Shown one piece after another: positions 44,858 through 54,682 of a stretch of DNA of 64,000 nucleotides. Location of the stretch: NCBI GenBank assembly GCA_963697725.1, contig OY969096.1:1947438-2011437 (forward strand). The letters run 5' to 3'. Every line of letters begins with the position of its first letter. The stretch's first letter is position 1. A program made the position numbers and the translations under genes. The DNA comes from an uncultured Solirubrobacteraceae bacterium. GTDB lineage: Bacteria > Actinomycetota > Thermoleophilia > Solirubrobacterales > Solirubrobacteraceae. The notes below the pieces were generated by a model. That model was given only the letters and a program-made list of their open reading frames with translations. It had not been told where the DNA came from and searched no databases.

Positions 44858-47800
44858 GAGCACCTTGGAGACGCCGTCGCCGCCCATCGAGACACCGAAC
44901 AGCCAGTCGGCGGCCTCCATCGTGCGCTTTTGGTGGGTGATCACGATGAACTGCGCACGACCGGCGTAGCGGCGTAGCAGCGCCAGGAAGCGGTCGAGGT
45001 TCAGATCGTCTAGCGCGGCCTCGACCTCGTCAAGGATGTAGAAGGGGCATGGCCGCGCGAGGAACACTGCGAACAGGAAGGCCAGCGCGGTCATCGACTT
45101 CTCACCGCCGGAGAGCAGCGACAGCCGCTTGCTGGACTTTCCCGCAGGCGTTATCTCGATCTCGACCCCCAGTAGATCCTCCTCGCGGAGCTCCTCGCGC
45201 TCAGCCTCCTGCTCGGCCGCAGCCTCCGCCGCCTCGGCATCCGCACCCTGCTCGCCCGCGGCAGCCGCGCCGCCGAGCCCGGAGCCCTGCGCCTTCGAGC
45301 CCTGCTCGCCCAACGAAGCGCCGCCGAGCACGCCGCGCGGCGGCTGCTCTTCGCTGACCAGGCGCAGGCGTCCAGAGCCGCCCGGAAACACATCGCCCAC
45401 CAGCTCCTCGAAGTTTCGTGCCGCCGCGTCGAAGGTCTCCTGGAAGGTCTCCTGGATCTGCCGATCGGTGTCACGGATCACCCCGCGCAGCTCCCTGAGC
45501 GCGGTCTCCAGGTCGGCGCGACGGCTCTCCATCTCCTCGACGTGCTCGAGCGCCTCGGCGTACTCCTCCTGCGCGAGTGGGTTTACCGGTCCGAGCTGCT
45601 CGCGTCGGCGCGAGAGCCGCTCAAGGCGCGTGCGCAGGGCTGCCAGCTGCTCCTCGTCCAGCCTCGCCGGCGCCTCGGCGACGGCTTCCTGAATCCCGTC
45701 AGGCCCCAGCTGGACCGACTGCGGTGCATCCGAGGAGGCTACGGCTACTGGGGGTGCCTCCAGGCCCAGGCGCTCGGCGACCGTCTTGCGCTCGAGTTCC
45801 GCGTCGCTCGCCTGGTCGCGCAGTCGCTGCGCGCCGACCTCGGCGCCCGTCACGGCCTCGCCGACCGCGCGCAGCGCCGCCTGTATCTCCGCCTCTTGGG
45901 CCGCGCACTCGCGCAGCTCGCCTGCCATCTCCTCGCCCGCGGCGCGATCGGCCACCAACTCACGCTCGAGTGCGGCAAAGCGCTCCTGCACCGCCTCGGC
46001 TGCCATCCGCAGCGCAGCCGATAGGCGCTCGGCGCGGGGAACTAGCGCCGCGTCCGCGGTCAGCTGCGCGCGCAAGCGCGCGATCCGGCTGCGCGCCTCG
46101 TGCTGCTCGCGCTGCACGCGCTGAGCGTGAGCGCGCTCGGATCCCAGCTCGCCCTCGAGCTCCGCCTTGCGCACCGCCAGCGGACCCTCCGCAGGGGCGG
46201 CGCGGCGCTGCTCAATTAGCCACTGCGACCGACGCGCCGCCTCGCCCGCCTCGGTGTGACGCCGCTCGCATCCCCGCAGCTCCTCCTCGGCGCCAGCGCG
46301 CGCCTGCTCGAGATTCTGAAGCGCGAGCAGCGTCTGCTCGTGGGCCAGCTTTACTTCCTGCTCGCCTTGCGCTGCCTGCTCGGTCGCGATGATCAGCCGA
46401 TCGCGTTCGTTGCGTCGAGCTAGCACGCGCTCGGTGCCGCCCTCGCTCAGCTGACGCACCTCGCCCCAGGCCGCGAACAGCACGCGCCCGGCGCGCGTGA
46501 CTGCGATCCCGGCGAAGTCCGGTGGCAGCAGCTCCAGGCGCTCGACCACCCAGGCGTCGGCCAGCAGCCGTCGCGCCAGCGCGAGCACCTCCGTCGGGCC
46601 GCTGACGAGGTCAAGCAGACGCTCGGAGCCCGGCGGCATCGCGGCGCGACCGTCGGGAGCGATCGCGCTAGCCTCACCCGCCGAGGTCCCGGCCAGCAGC
46701 GCGGTGCCCCCGTCGGGGCCAGCGCGGTCGAGCAGCGTCTCCGCGCCCGCCACGTCCTGCACGACCGCCGCGTCGAGCCGACCCCCCAGCGCAGCGGCGA
46801 GCGCCAGCTCGTAGCCATCGCCCACGCGCAGGTCCTCGCTAAGCGCCTTCACACCCTCGGCGCCGGCGCTATGCACGGCGGCGTGCCCCCGCAGGAATTG
46901 ATTGGCCGCGGCCAGCTCGGCGCCAACGCGCGCGGACTCACGCCGCGCCTCCTCGACCGCGCGCTCGGCCTGCATCAGCTGCTCGCGCGCCGCGCCCGTC
47001 TCGGCGTCGGCGCGCTCCCGCGCCGCCCGCGCCGCCGAGACCTGCTCGGCGATCTCCCGCACCTGCAGACTTTGGCGCTCCAGCTCCTGCTCCAGCTCTG
47101 CGACCTCCGCGCCGAGCTGCTGCTCACGCCGCGTCTCGATCTCGGCCAGCTCGGCCTCAAGCGCGGCGATGCGCCCCTCGCCCGCGGGTGCCTGATCCCC
47201 GGCGTCGGCCTGCTCGCGCTCGCGATCCAGCTCGGCCAGCTCACGTTCCAAGCGCTCAACGCGCCGGGCGAGCGTCTGCGCGCCCGCCGTCACCTGCTCA
47301 CCGCGCAGGCCCAGGCGCTCGTGCGCGGAGCGGCCCGCGTAGACGCGCCGCGACAGCTCGTCGTGACGCTCGGCGCGCTCTGACAGCGCGCGCTCGGCGC
47401 GGCCACGTCGGTCGACCGTCGCCTGCAACTTCCCCTCGGTCTGCTCGCGTGCCTGGCGTGTCTGCGCGACCAGCGCCTCCGCGCTCGCCAACTCGACGCG
47501 GCACGCCTCGGCCGCGTCGCTGGCCAGCTCCCAGCGCACCTCAAGCGCTTGACGCTCCAGACGCTCATGCAACTCCGCGGCTTCCGCCTGGCGCTTGAGC
47601 GGGCGCAAGCGCGTACGCGCCTCGCGCTCCACGTCCAATGCGCGGTCCAGGTTCTCCTGCGTGTGCTCGAGCTTCAGCTGGGCGCGACGACGACGCTTGC
47701 GGTGCTTACCGAGCCCCGCGGCCTCCTCGATCAAAAGCCGGCGGTCGCGTGCCTTGGAGGTGACGATCGCCTCGACGCGGCCCTGGGAGATTACGGAGTG

Positions 47801-48211
47801 CGTCTCCTTGCCCAAGCCCGTGTCGGAGAGCACCTCGATCACGTCGGTGAGCCGACAGCGCGCTCCGTTCAGACGGTAGCCGCCCTCGCCGTTTCGCTCC
47901 AATCGGCGCACGATCGAGATCTCGCTGAGCGGCAGATCGACCGTCCCGTCGGAGTTGTCGAGCACGATCTCGACCTCCGCCGCGCTGCGCGCCTGCACGC
48001 CATGGCCGCCTCCAAAGATCACATCCTGCATCGACTGCCCGCGCACGGCCAGCGGGGACTGCTCGCCCATCGCCCACAGCACCGCGTCGGTCACGTTGGA
48101 CTTGCCCGAGCCATTCGGCCCCACCACCACGCTCACGCCCGGCCCGAAATCCAGGTGCGTACGGTCGGGGAACGACTTAAAGCCCTTCAGCGTGAGCGAC
48201 TTCAGACGCAC
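44771..48211 (-). CDS. smc: Chromosome segregation protein SMC
   Basis: GFKSF, GPNGSGKSN, ISQGRV, coiled coils, LGPVNPLA, LSGGEKS, ILDEVEAALD, QFIVITH. Confidence 0.96.
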   Translation of the reverse strand: MRLKSLTLKGFKSFPDRTHLDFGPGVSVVVGPNGSGKSNVTDAVLWAMGEQSPLAVRGQSMQDVIFGGGHGVQARSAAEVEIVLDNSDGTVDLPLSEISIVRRLERNGEGGYRLNGARCRLTDVIEVLSDTGLGKETHSVISQGRVEAIVTSKARDRRLLIEEAAGLGKHRKRRRRAQLKLEHTQENLDRALDVEREARTRLRPLKRQAEAAELHERLERQALEVRWELASDAAEACRVELASAEALVAQTRQAREQTEGKLQATVDRRGRAERALSERAERHDELSRRVYAGRSAHERLGLRGEQVTAGAQTLARRVERLERELAELDREREQADAGDQAPAGEGRIAALEAELAEIETRREQQLGAEVAELEQELERQSLQVREIAEQVSAARAARERADAETGAAREQLMQAERAVEEARRESARVGAELAAANQFLRGHAAVHSAGAEGVKALSEDLRVGDGYELALAAALGGRLDAAVVQDVAGAETLLDRAGPDGGTALLAGTSAGEASAIAPDGRAAMPPGSERLLDLVSGPTEVLALARRLLADAWVVERLELLPPDFAGIAVTRAGRVLFAAWGEVRQLSEGGTERVLARRNERDRLIIATEQAAQGEQEVKLAHEQTLLALQNLEQARAGAEEELRGCERRHTEAGEAARRSQWLIEQRRAAPAEGPLAVRKAELEGELGSERAHAQRVQREQHEARSRIARLRAQLTADAALVPRAERLSAALRMAAEAVQERFAALERELVADRAAGEEMAGELRECAAQEAEIQAALRAVGEAVTGAEVGAQRLRDQASDAELERKTVAERLGLEAPPVAVASSDAPQSVQLGPDGIQEAVAEAPARLDEEQLAALRTRLERLSRRREQLGPVNPLAQEEYAEALEHVEEMESRRADLETALRELRGVIRDTDRQIQETFQETFDAAARNFEELVGDVFPGGSGRLRLVSEEQPPRGVLGGASLGEQGSKAQGSGLGGAAAAGEQGADAEAAEAAAEQEAEREELREEDLLGVEIEITPAGKSSKRLSLLSGGEKSMTALAFLFAVFLARPCPFYILDEVEAALDDLNLDRFLALLRRYAGRAQFIVITHQKRTMEAADWLFGVSMGGDGVSKVLSRRLPAERAQAAEVADEVAEMAGVAEVA

Positions 48212-48218
48212 GGGCTGC

Positions 48219-48890
48219 CTATGCCTCCAATTGCTCGACCGCCTTGCGGGCGGCCTCCTGCTCGGCGTGCTTCTTGCTGCGCCCGCTGCCGCTGCCTAGC
48301 TGACGCCCCGCGACGCGCGCGGAGACGGTGTAGGTGCGCTCGTGCGGCGGACCCTCCTCGGCCGTCACCGCGTAGTCGACCTCCTCGCCACGGCGCGCCA
48401 ACAGCTCCTGCAGCGCCGACTTGAAGTCGACCGGGTGCTCCAGCGCCTCCTCGATCTCCGGCGCAAATGCCTCCACGACCGCCTGCGCGGTGCGCTCGTA
48501 GCCCGCGTGCAGGTAGCAAGCACCGATCACGGCCTCGATCACCGACGCCAGCACGCGCTCGGTCTCCACCAGCGCCGCGGCGCTGCCCTGCACGCCCGCG
48601 GGCGCTGCAGCACGCAGCCGTTCCGGGAGCTTCAGGCGTTCTGCCACCGCGCGACAGGATGGGCCCGAGACGGCCTGGGCGCGGATCTTCGTCAGCCGTC
48701 CCGCGCCAAAGCGCTCGGCTTCCAGGCGTGGATAGAGATGGGTGGTCACCGCCAACGCCAACACGCTGTCGCCTAGGAACGCCAGGCGCGCGTAGGAGTC
48801 GCCGCGGCGCTCGCTCCAGGAGGCGTGCGTGAACACCTGACGCGCGAGATCCTCCGGCAGCTCCTCGAGCAGCTCGCCGAGCAGCTTCAT
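48219..48890 (-). CDS. rnc: Ribonuclease III
   Basis: RLAFLGDSVL, ASVIEAVIGACY, DFKSALQE, GPPHERTY, SKKHAEQEAA. Confidence 0.95.
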   Translation of the reverse strand: MKLLGELLEELPEDLARQVFTHASWSERRGDSYARLAFLGDSVLALAVTTHLYPRLEAERFGAGRLTKIRAQAVSGPSCRAVAERLKLPERLRAAAPAGVQGSAAALVETERVLASVIEAVIGACYLHAGYERTAQAVVEAFAPEIEEALEHPVDFKSALQELLARRGEEVDYAVTAEEGPPHERTYTVSARVAGRQLGSGSGRSKKHAEQEAARKAVEQLEA

Positions 48891-49156
48891 GGGCGCCCAT
48901 TCGCCGCCCCGTCATGCGCGAGCACGAAGTCGACGGCCTGGCCAACGGTCAGGATCTGCGCCGCCTGCTCGTCGGACATGCTCACGCCGTAGGTGTCCTC
49001 CAGCTCCTGCACGAGCGTGTAAAGGTCCAGCGAATCGGCCTCGAGGTCCTCCTTGAAGCGCGTATCCAGCACGATCGCGGCGGGCTCGACGTCAAGTTCG
49101 TCGACCAGATGCGCCTGGATCAGCGCGAACACTTGCTCGCGCGTGCGGGCACTCAT
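48887..49156 (-). CDS. acpP: Acyl carrier protein
   Basis: FKEDLEADSLDL (phosphopantetheine Ser), LEDTYG, TVGQAV; ATG 49156. Confidence 0.93.
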   Translation of the reverse strand: MSARTREQVFALIQAHLVDELDVEPAAIVLDTRFKEDLEADSLDLYTLVQELEDTYGVSMSDEQAAQILTVGQAVDFVLAHDGAANGRP

Positions 49157-49235
49157 CGCGTCGTGCGCGCGGGCGAGGCAAAAGCCGTCGCACAGGCGCG
49201 CGCACGCCACCTCCTCGTGGACGAGATCGAAGGGG

Positions 49236-50312
49236 TCATTCGCTGTCGGGCAGGCTAGCGCCCGAGGCGGACATGGGCGAGCCCCTGAGCGCGCCCGCGT
49301 CGGCCAGCGCGCGCTCGGTGCGCCCGACGATGTCCTCGCGCGCGCCGCGCTGCGCGCGCAGGATTGCCTCGGCGAAGCCGACGCGCGTGAAGCGCCCGTG
49401 AGGGACCACGCCGAGGCGACGCAGGCCCAGCAGATAGGCCCCGCCCTGCAGCTCGGGGTCGACCTGTGCGCGGAAGGTGCCCAGGGGACGTCTCAGTAGC
49501 AGCCCCCCGAGCTTGCCGCGCGTCGATGAGGTCGCGGCGTCGCGCACCGCGCGCAGCATCGTCTGCGAGGTGGCCTCGATCAGCTTCAGCGCGACGTTCC
49601 CGGTGAAGCCGTCGGTCACGACGACATCGACCGCGCCGCCGAGCACGTCGTTGCCCTCAACGTTGCCCACGAACTCGAACCCGGCCTCACCCGTGCCCTG
49701 CGCCAACTCCGCGTTGGTTTCCACGACTAGCTCGCTACCGCGAGCGGCCTCCTCGCCGTTGGAGAGCAGCCCCACGAGCGGACGCTCGACGCCAAGCACA
49801 GTGCTCGCGAGTGCCGCCCCCATGAACGCGAATTGCACCAGATGCTCGCGGCGCGCTGCGGCATTGGCGCCGACGTCCAGCAGCGTCACGGTTCGCCCGG
49901 GAAACGGCAGCGGCAGCGCCAGCGCCGGACGGTAGATGCCGCGCGTGCGTTTGATGTTGAACAGCCCCGCGGCCAGCGCCGCGCCGGTCCCACCAGCGCA
50001 TACGAGCGCTTGGGCGCGTCCATCGGCCACCGCTCGCGCGGCCTGCACGATCGAAGCCTCGGGATTGGTGCGCACCGCGCTGGCCGGGTCCGCGCTCTTG
50101 GCGATCGAAACCGGCGCGTCGATCAGCTCGACGCCTGCAGGTGCGTGGCCCAGCTCGGCCAGCGGCCCAAACAGCAGCGTGCGAGCGCCCCGTTCGGCCG
50201 CTAGCGCCGCCCCCGCCGCGACCTCGGCCGGACCCAGGTCCGCGCCGTTACAGTCGACCGCGACGATCGGAGACGTGGGGTCGCCTCCGCCGCTGCGCGG
50301 GATCGAAGACAA
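49236..50312 (-). CDS. plsX: Phosphate acyltransferase PlsX
   Basis: IVAVDCNGAD, RPALA, LLDVGAN, VGLLSNGEE, FVGNVEG, VVVTDGFTGNVALK; start uncertain (TTG 50312 proposed). Confidence 0.9.
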   Translation of the reverse strand: MSSIPRSGGGDPTSPIVAVDCNGADLGPAEVAAGAALAAERGARTLLFGPLAELGHAPAGVELIDAPVSIAKSADPASAVRTNPEASIVQAARAVADGRAQALVCAGGTGAALAAGLFNIKRTRGIYRPALALPLPFPGRTVTLLDVGANAAARREHLVQFAFMGAALASTVLGVERPLVGLLSNGEEAARGSELVVETNAELAQGTGEAGFEFVGNVEGNDVLGGAVDVVVTDGFTGNVALKLIEATSQTMLRAVRDAATSSTRGKLGGLLLRRPLGTFRAQVDPELQGGAYLLGLRRLGVVPHGRFTRVGFAEAILRAQRGAREDIVGRTERALADAGALRGSPMSASGASLPDSE

Positions 50313-50334
50313 CGGCTCAAGCGCCCCCGGGGCG

Positions 50335-50547
50335 CTACTCGTCGTGCTCGTGGTCGTGGTCGTGGCCGTGCGCGGTCGAGGACACGACCTCGCGTCCGGC
50401 GTAGTAGCCACACACTGGGCACACGCGGTGCGGGCGGCGTGGGCTGTGGCACTGTGGGCACGCGTTTACCGACGGCGTGCCGATCTTGTGCTGGGCGCGC
50501 CGCTTGGCCGTGCGACTGTGAGACTGCTTTTTCTTGGGGACTGCCAT
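50335..50547 (-). CDS. rpmF: 50S ribosomal protein L32 (Zn-ribbon form) with His/acid tail
   Basis: MAVPKKKQSHSRTAKRR, CPQC...HRVCPVCGYY, tail HGHDHDHEHDE. Confidence 0.96.
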   Translation of the reverse strand: MAVPKKKQSHSRTAKRRAQHKIGTPSVNACPQCHSPRRPHRVCPVCGYYAGREVVSSTAHGHDHDHEHDE

Positions 50548-50608
50548 TAGCAGCACGGAAGGCTACCAGCCGGCAGGACGCCTGCCCGAAACGCCGAACC
50601 CGTGCCGC

Positions 50609-51127
50609 CTACTCGAGCTCGAGCTCGCGTAGCTTCGCCCAACGTGGATCGGGGGGGCGCTCGTGTCTGTGCTCGGGACCGGCCTCGTTGAGATCGGCGG
50701 CGCAGATCGGGCAAAGACCAGCGCAGTCCTCGCGACACAGCACCTGGTTGGGCGTCGCAAGCACAAACGCGTCGTGCGCCCACCCGGCCAGGTCAAGCGT
50801 CTCCTGCTCGACGTATGGGCTGTCGAGCTCCTCCCCTTCGCCTGGCCGATCGACCTCGCGGGAGTCGACCTCGATCGTCGGGCGCGCTGGCTTCAGACAG
50901 CGCATGCAGGGACCGCTCAGCGCGGCCGCGAAGCGCAACCGCAGCGCATAACCACCCCCCATCATGCGCGAGACGTCAAGCACCACCGGCACCTGCGCGG
51001 GCTCGGCTTGATAGTGCTCGCCGCCCAGCTCAAACGCCTCGATCGGGACCTCAAGCTCCAGGCGCCGCCCCTCGCCGGAGCTAAGGCGCAGCGCGCCGAG
51101 GTCGAATTCATTCCTCTCAGCGACCAT
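50609..51127 (-). CDS. DUF177/YceD family protein
   Basis: PCMRCL, LCREDCAGLCPICAADLN, DPRWAKL; directly upstream of rpmF. Confidence 0.92.
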   Translation of the reverse strand: MVAERNEFDLGALRLSSGEGRRLELEVPIEAFELGGEHYQAEPAQVPVVLDVSRMMGGGYALRLRFAAALSGPCMRCLKPARPTIEVDSREVDRPGEGEELDSPYVEQETLDLAGWAHDAFVLATPNQVLCREDCAGLCPICAADLNEAGPEHRHERPPDPRWAKLRELELE

Positions 51128-51203
51128 CTCCCTCCAGGCTAGCGAGGCTTCGTCGCACTGCGGCTCGCCAACCAGCCAGAACTCGCGCCCGCGTGAGCGT
51201 CGG

Positions 51204-52814
51204 CTAGGCAGCCTGCAGTTCGCGCTTGAGCACCTTGCCCGTGGCGTTGCGCGGCAGCTCATCGAGGAAGATCACTTCGCGCGGCACCTTGTAGCGGGCG
51301 AGGTTGGCCTTGACGTAGGCCTGGACGTCGGGCTCGCTGAGCACGGCGCCCTCACGCAGCACGACGAAGGCCTTCAGACGCTGGCCGAACTCCTCGTCGG
51401 GCACGCCAACGACCGCGGCCTCCTCGATCGACTCGTGATCGGCCAGCAGATCCTCGACCTCGCGCGGGAACACGTTCTCACCGCCACTGACGATCATCTC
51501 GTCGTCGCGGCCGTCGACAAACAGGCGTCCAGCGCGATCGAAGTGCCCCACGTCGCCCGTGCTCATCAGCCCCGCGACGATTTCCTTGTTGCCGCCGCCG
51601 GTGTAGCCCTCGAACATCAGCTCGTTCGCCACGAAGATGCGCCCCCCCTCGCCGGGCGCCACCTCGCGCCCATCTGGATCGAGCAGCTTGACGACGGTGC
51701 CCATCGGCGGGCGCCCTGCGGTCCCCGGCGCGGCGCGCAGGTCCTCGGGCGTAGCGATCGTCGCCCAGGCGACCTCGGTGGAGCCGTAGAGGTTGTAGAG
51801 CACGTCGCCGAATGCGTCCATCGCACGTGTGGCCAGCTCGCCGGGGAGCGCCGAGCCGCTGACCGCGATCACCCGCAGGCTGGTGGTGTCGTAGCGCGCG
51901 AGCACCTCCGGGCCCAAGTCGAGGATCCGTTGCAGCATCACCGGCACGACCGCCAGCGCGCTCGCGCGATGCTGGGAGATCGCGCTGAGCGTCTGGAGCG
52001 GGTCGAAGCGACGGCGCAGCACGAGCGTCGAGGAGAGCGCCAGACCGAGCGTGAAGTGGGCGTAGCCCCAGGAGTGGAACAACGGCGCCGCGACCACGGT
52101 TGTCTCGCGCGCCTTCAAGGGGATCTTCGAGAACAGGGCGGCCGCCGGCTCAAGCGTGTCGGGCTGTTTGCGCGAAGCGCCCTTGGGCGTGCCGGTCGTA
52201 CCCGAGGTGAGGATCACGACGCGGCCTTTATCCGCCGGCGGCGCCAGCTCGGCGCCCGACCCGGCTGCGATCAGCTGCTCTAGCGTCGAGTCGCCAACTT
52301 CGTCACCGGGCTCGCACCACGCGACGAACCGTTTACGGCCCTCCGAGCCCTCGCCGACGAGCTCGGCGAACTCCTGGTCGTAGATCACGGCCGCCGGGTC
52401 TTCGCGGCGCAGCACATCGGTGATCTGCGGGCCCGCGAACGCGGTGTTCAGATACAGCGCGCCCGCGCCGAGCTTCGCGCAGGCGACCGTCGCCTCGATG
52501 AAGCCACGGTGGTTGCGGCACATGATCGCCACGTCGTGCTCTTCGCGGATGCCCGCGCGGCGCAGCTCGCTGGCGAGCGCGTTCGTGCGACGGTGCACCT
52601 CCCGGAAGCTGACCGCACCGCGGTCATCGATGATCGCCGCGCGGTCGGGGAAGCGGATCGCGCCGCCGAGGTAGGCCGCGGGCGAGCTAGGGCCCCAACG
52701 CCGCAGCGCACCCAGTGAGCGCAGCGACTTGTCCAGCCGTTCGGGCTGGATGATTCCGGTCCCCAGCAGCGTCCTGGCGACCTGCAGCTTGTAGCGAGCT
52801 TCACGCGCGTCCAT
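51204..52814 (-). CDS. Acyl-CoA synthetase (AMP-binding, FadD-like)
   Basis: ILTSGTTGTPKG, PLFHSWG, YGSTE, STGDVG, GRDDEMIVSGGENVFP, PRNATGKV. Confidence 0.95.
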   Translation of the reverse strand: MDAREARYKLQVARTLLGTGIIQPERLDKSLRSLGALRRWGPSSPAAYLGGAIRFPDRAAIIDDRGAVSFREVHRRTNALASELRRAGIREEHDVAIMCRNHRGFIEATVACAKLGAGALYLNTAFAGPQITDVLRREDPAAVIYDQEFAELVGEGSEGRKRFVAWCEPGDEVGDSTLEQLIAAGSGAELAPPADKGRVVILTSGTTGTPKGASRKQPDTLEPAAALFSKIPLKARETTVVAAPLFHSWGYAHFTLGLALSSTLVLRRRFDPLQTLSAISQHRASALAVVPVMLQRILDLGPEVLARYDTTSLRVIAVSGSALPGELATRAMDAFGDVLYNLYGSTEVAWATIATPEDLRAAPGTAGRPPMGTVVKLLDPDGREVAPGEGGRIFVANELMFEGYTGGGNKEIVAGLMSTGDVGHFDRAGRLFVDGRDDEMIVSGGENVFPREVEDLLADHESIEEAAVVGVPDEEFGQRLKAFVVLREGAVLSEPDVQAYVKANLARYKVPREVIFLDELPRNATGKVLKRELQAA

Positions 52815-52933
52815 ACCGCGGGGACCCTACCCCAACATGGGCTGAGAGAAGCGTGCGTTTCCTCACACGCAGACGATCCCCATTGGGCGGGCGAAGCAAG
52901 ATTGAGCGTCACGCGGGCTAGGGCGTCGCTGGG

Positions 52934-52996
52934 CAAGCGGGACAAGGACGCAGGGAGCGAAGCGTGCGAACAGCACGCGAGCGACCGAGGACGCAG
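52934..52996. repeat. Intergenic repeat copy A (about 62 bp, internal hairpin)
   Basis: About 80% identical by eye to 57050-57110; core CAAGGACGCAGGGAGCG identical; hairpin GCGTGC-GAACA-GCACGC. Confidence 0.8.
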
Positions 52997-53018
52997 TAGC
53001 GCGCCGCTCAGCGACGTC

Positions 53019-53483
53019 CTAGCCGACTTCGGCAGGTTCGTCCTTGCCTTGGAGTCGCTCGCGACCGCGCTGCACGGCGGCAATGAACTTCGAAAGGTTG
53101 ACCTCGAGCGTGTTGAGAATCTCATCCGCGTAATCCTCAGCGCCCAGGCGAATCTCGCGCTCGCGGGCGCGAGCGTCCTCAACGATGTCCTCGGCGGCGC
53201 GCTCGGCCTGCTTGGTGACCTCCTCCTCGCCGACGAGTTTCTCCTGGCGCTCGCGCGCGTCCTTGATGATCCGCTCGGCCTCTTTCTTGGCCTCTGCGAG
53301 CATCTCCTGGCGCTCCTTGACGATCCAGCGCGCCTGCTTGATCTCCTCGGGGATCGTCGCGCGCATCTGGTCGAGGATGTCGTAGATCTCCTCCTTGTCC
53401 ACACGCACCTGATCGGTCATCGGCACCGATTTCGCGTTGTGCACGAGGTCGTCGAGCTTGTCTATGAGTACGAGGACGTCCAT
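53019..53483 (-). CDS. SepIVA/DivIVA-like coiled-coil protein
   Basis: LIDKLDDLVHNAKSVP, IPEEIKQARWIVKERQ, GAEDYADEIL; usual position between coaD and DUF177. Confidence 0.8.
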   Translation of the reverse strand: MDVLVLIDKLDDLVHNAKSVPMTDQVRVDKEEIYDILDQMRATIPEEIKQARWIVKERQEMLAEAKKEAERIIKDARERQEKLVGEEEVTKQAERAAEDIVEDARAREREIRLGAEDYADEILNTLEVNLSKFIAAVQRGRERLQGKDEPAEVG

Positions 53484-53560
53484 GTTCTATCTAGCTGAGC
53501 GTGGTCTGCGGCCGGTGTGCGGCGGAAGTCTGAATGATCACGTGTCGGGGTCCCATTTCG

Positions 53561-54061
53561 TCAGCGTCGCAACTCTTCCTGCAAGCGTCTAGCGACCTCC
53601 TCGGGGACCAGATCGTCGATCCTGCCCCCAAATGTGGCCAGCTCCTTGACGCCGCTGGATGACAGAAAACTGTACTGCGGGCTCGCCATTAGGTAGACGG
53701 ACTCTATCTCGGGGTCCTGGCGACGGTTGAGTTGGTTCATCTCCAGCTCGTACTCGAAGTCCGAGATCGCGCGCAATCCCTTGACGATCGCGCGGGCGCC
53801 GACCTTGCGCGCGAACTCCACGACCAGCGTCGAGAACGGCTCGGCGCGAACCCCCTCCAGATCGACGATCGCCCGTTCGATGAAGCCCATCCGTTCGTCG
53901 ATGTCAAACAGCGCGCTGCTCTTGCGCACGGAGCGGTTCACGACCGCAACGACCACCTCGTCATACAGGCGGGCCGCGCGCCGAATCACATCGAGATGGC
54001 CGTTGGTCAGCGGGTCATACGAGCCCGGACAAACGGCTATTGACTTCGTGGACGGCGTCAT
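53561..54061 (-). CDS. coaD: Phosphopantetheine adenylyltransferase
   Basis: CPGSYDPLTNGHLDVI, IVKGLRAISDFEYE, SFLSSSGVKE. Confidence 0.97.
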   Translation of the reverse strand: MTPSTKSIAVCPGSYDPLTNGHLDVIRRAARLYDEVVVAVVNRSVRKSSALFDIDERMGFIERAIVDLEGVRAEPFSTLVVEFARKVGARAIVKGLRAISDFEYELEMNQLNRRQDPEIESVYLMASPQYSFLSSSGVKELATFGGRIDDLVPEEVARRLQEELRR

Positions 54062-54600
54062 TGATGCAGGTGGATCCTGATTGAAGTGTCCCCGTATCGT
54101 CGCTCGCGCTCAAGTCCGAGCGCCATCTGCAGGGGCTCGCGTCGATCGCTCTCGACCACCACACGCGCCGCCGGCCGGAGCAGTTGCGGCAGCAGCGCCG
54201 ACAGCTCGGGCCCCCAGTCACGCGCCTGGCTGTAGGGGGGGTCGATGAATACAAGATCGTATGTCTCTTTACGCTCCCGTGCGCTCCGGAGCGCGTCGAG
54301 CGCCTCCGCGCGGCGCGCCTGGGCACGCGGCGGCACGAGCCCCAACGCGTCGAGGTTGGCCTGCAGCGAACGCAGCGCGGCGGCGTCGCGCTCGACGAAC
54401 ACCGCCTGCTCGGCGCCGCGCGAGAGCGCCTCGATGCCGAGCGCCCCACTGCCCGCGAACAAATCCAGCACGCGCGCTTGAGCGAGCGGCCCCAGCATCG
54501 AGAACAGCGCCTCGCGCACACGATCGGCCGTCGGCCGCGTGGCCCTCCCCCGCGGTGTCTTTAGGCGACGGCCACCGAGCTCTCCTGCAATTACGCGCAT
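54058..54600 (-). CDS. rsmD: 16S rRNA m2G966 methyltransferase
   Basis: MRVIAG, TRPTADRVREALF, LDLFAGSGALGIEALSRGA, VFIDPPY; ATG 54600. Confidence 0.95.
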   Translation of the reverse strand: MRVIAGELGGRRLKTPRGRATRPTADRVREALFSMLGPLAQARVLDLFAGSGALGIEALSRGAEQAVFVERDAAALRSLQANLDALGLVPPRAQARRAEALDALRSARERKETYDLVFIDPPYSQARDWGPELSALLPQLLRPAARVVVESDRREPLQMALGLERERRYGDTSIRIHLHQ

Positions 54601-54682
54601 ATCGGGACGGTAACGCGCCCCGCACCCGATCCCGGACCCCGCGCGGCAGCGCGGCTGGGCATTTGCACGTCGGAGGTGCCCT

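Noticed and set aside
53488-53553. 21-codon ORF (MGPRHVIIQTSAAHRPQTTLS) between coaD and the SepIVA-like gene
   Set aside because: No RBS or informative composition; consistent with chance
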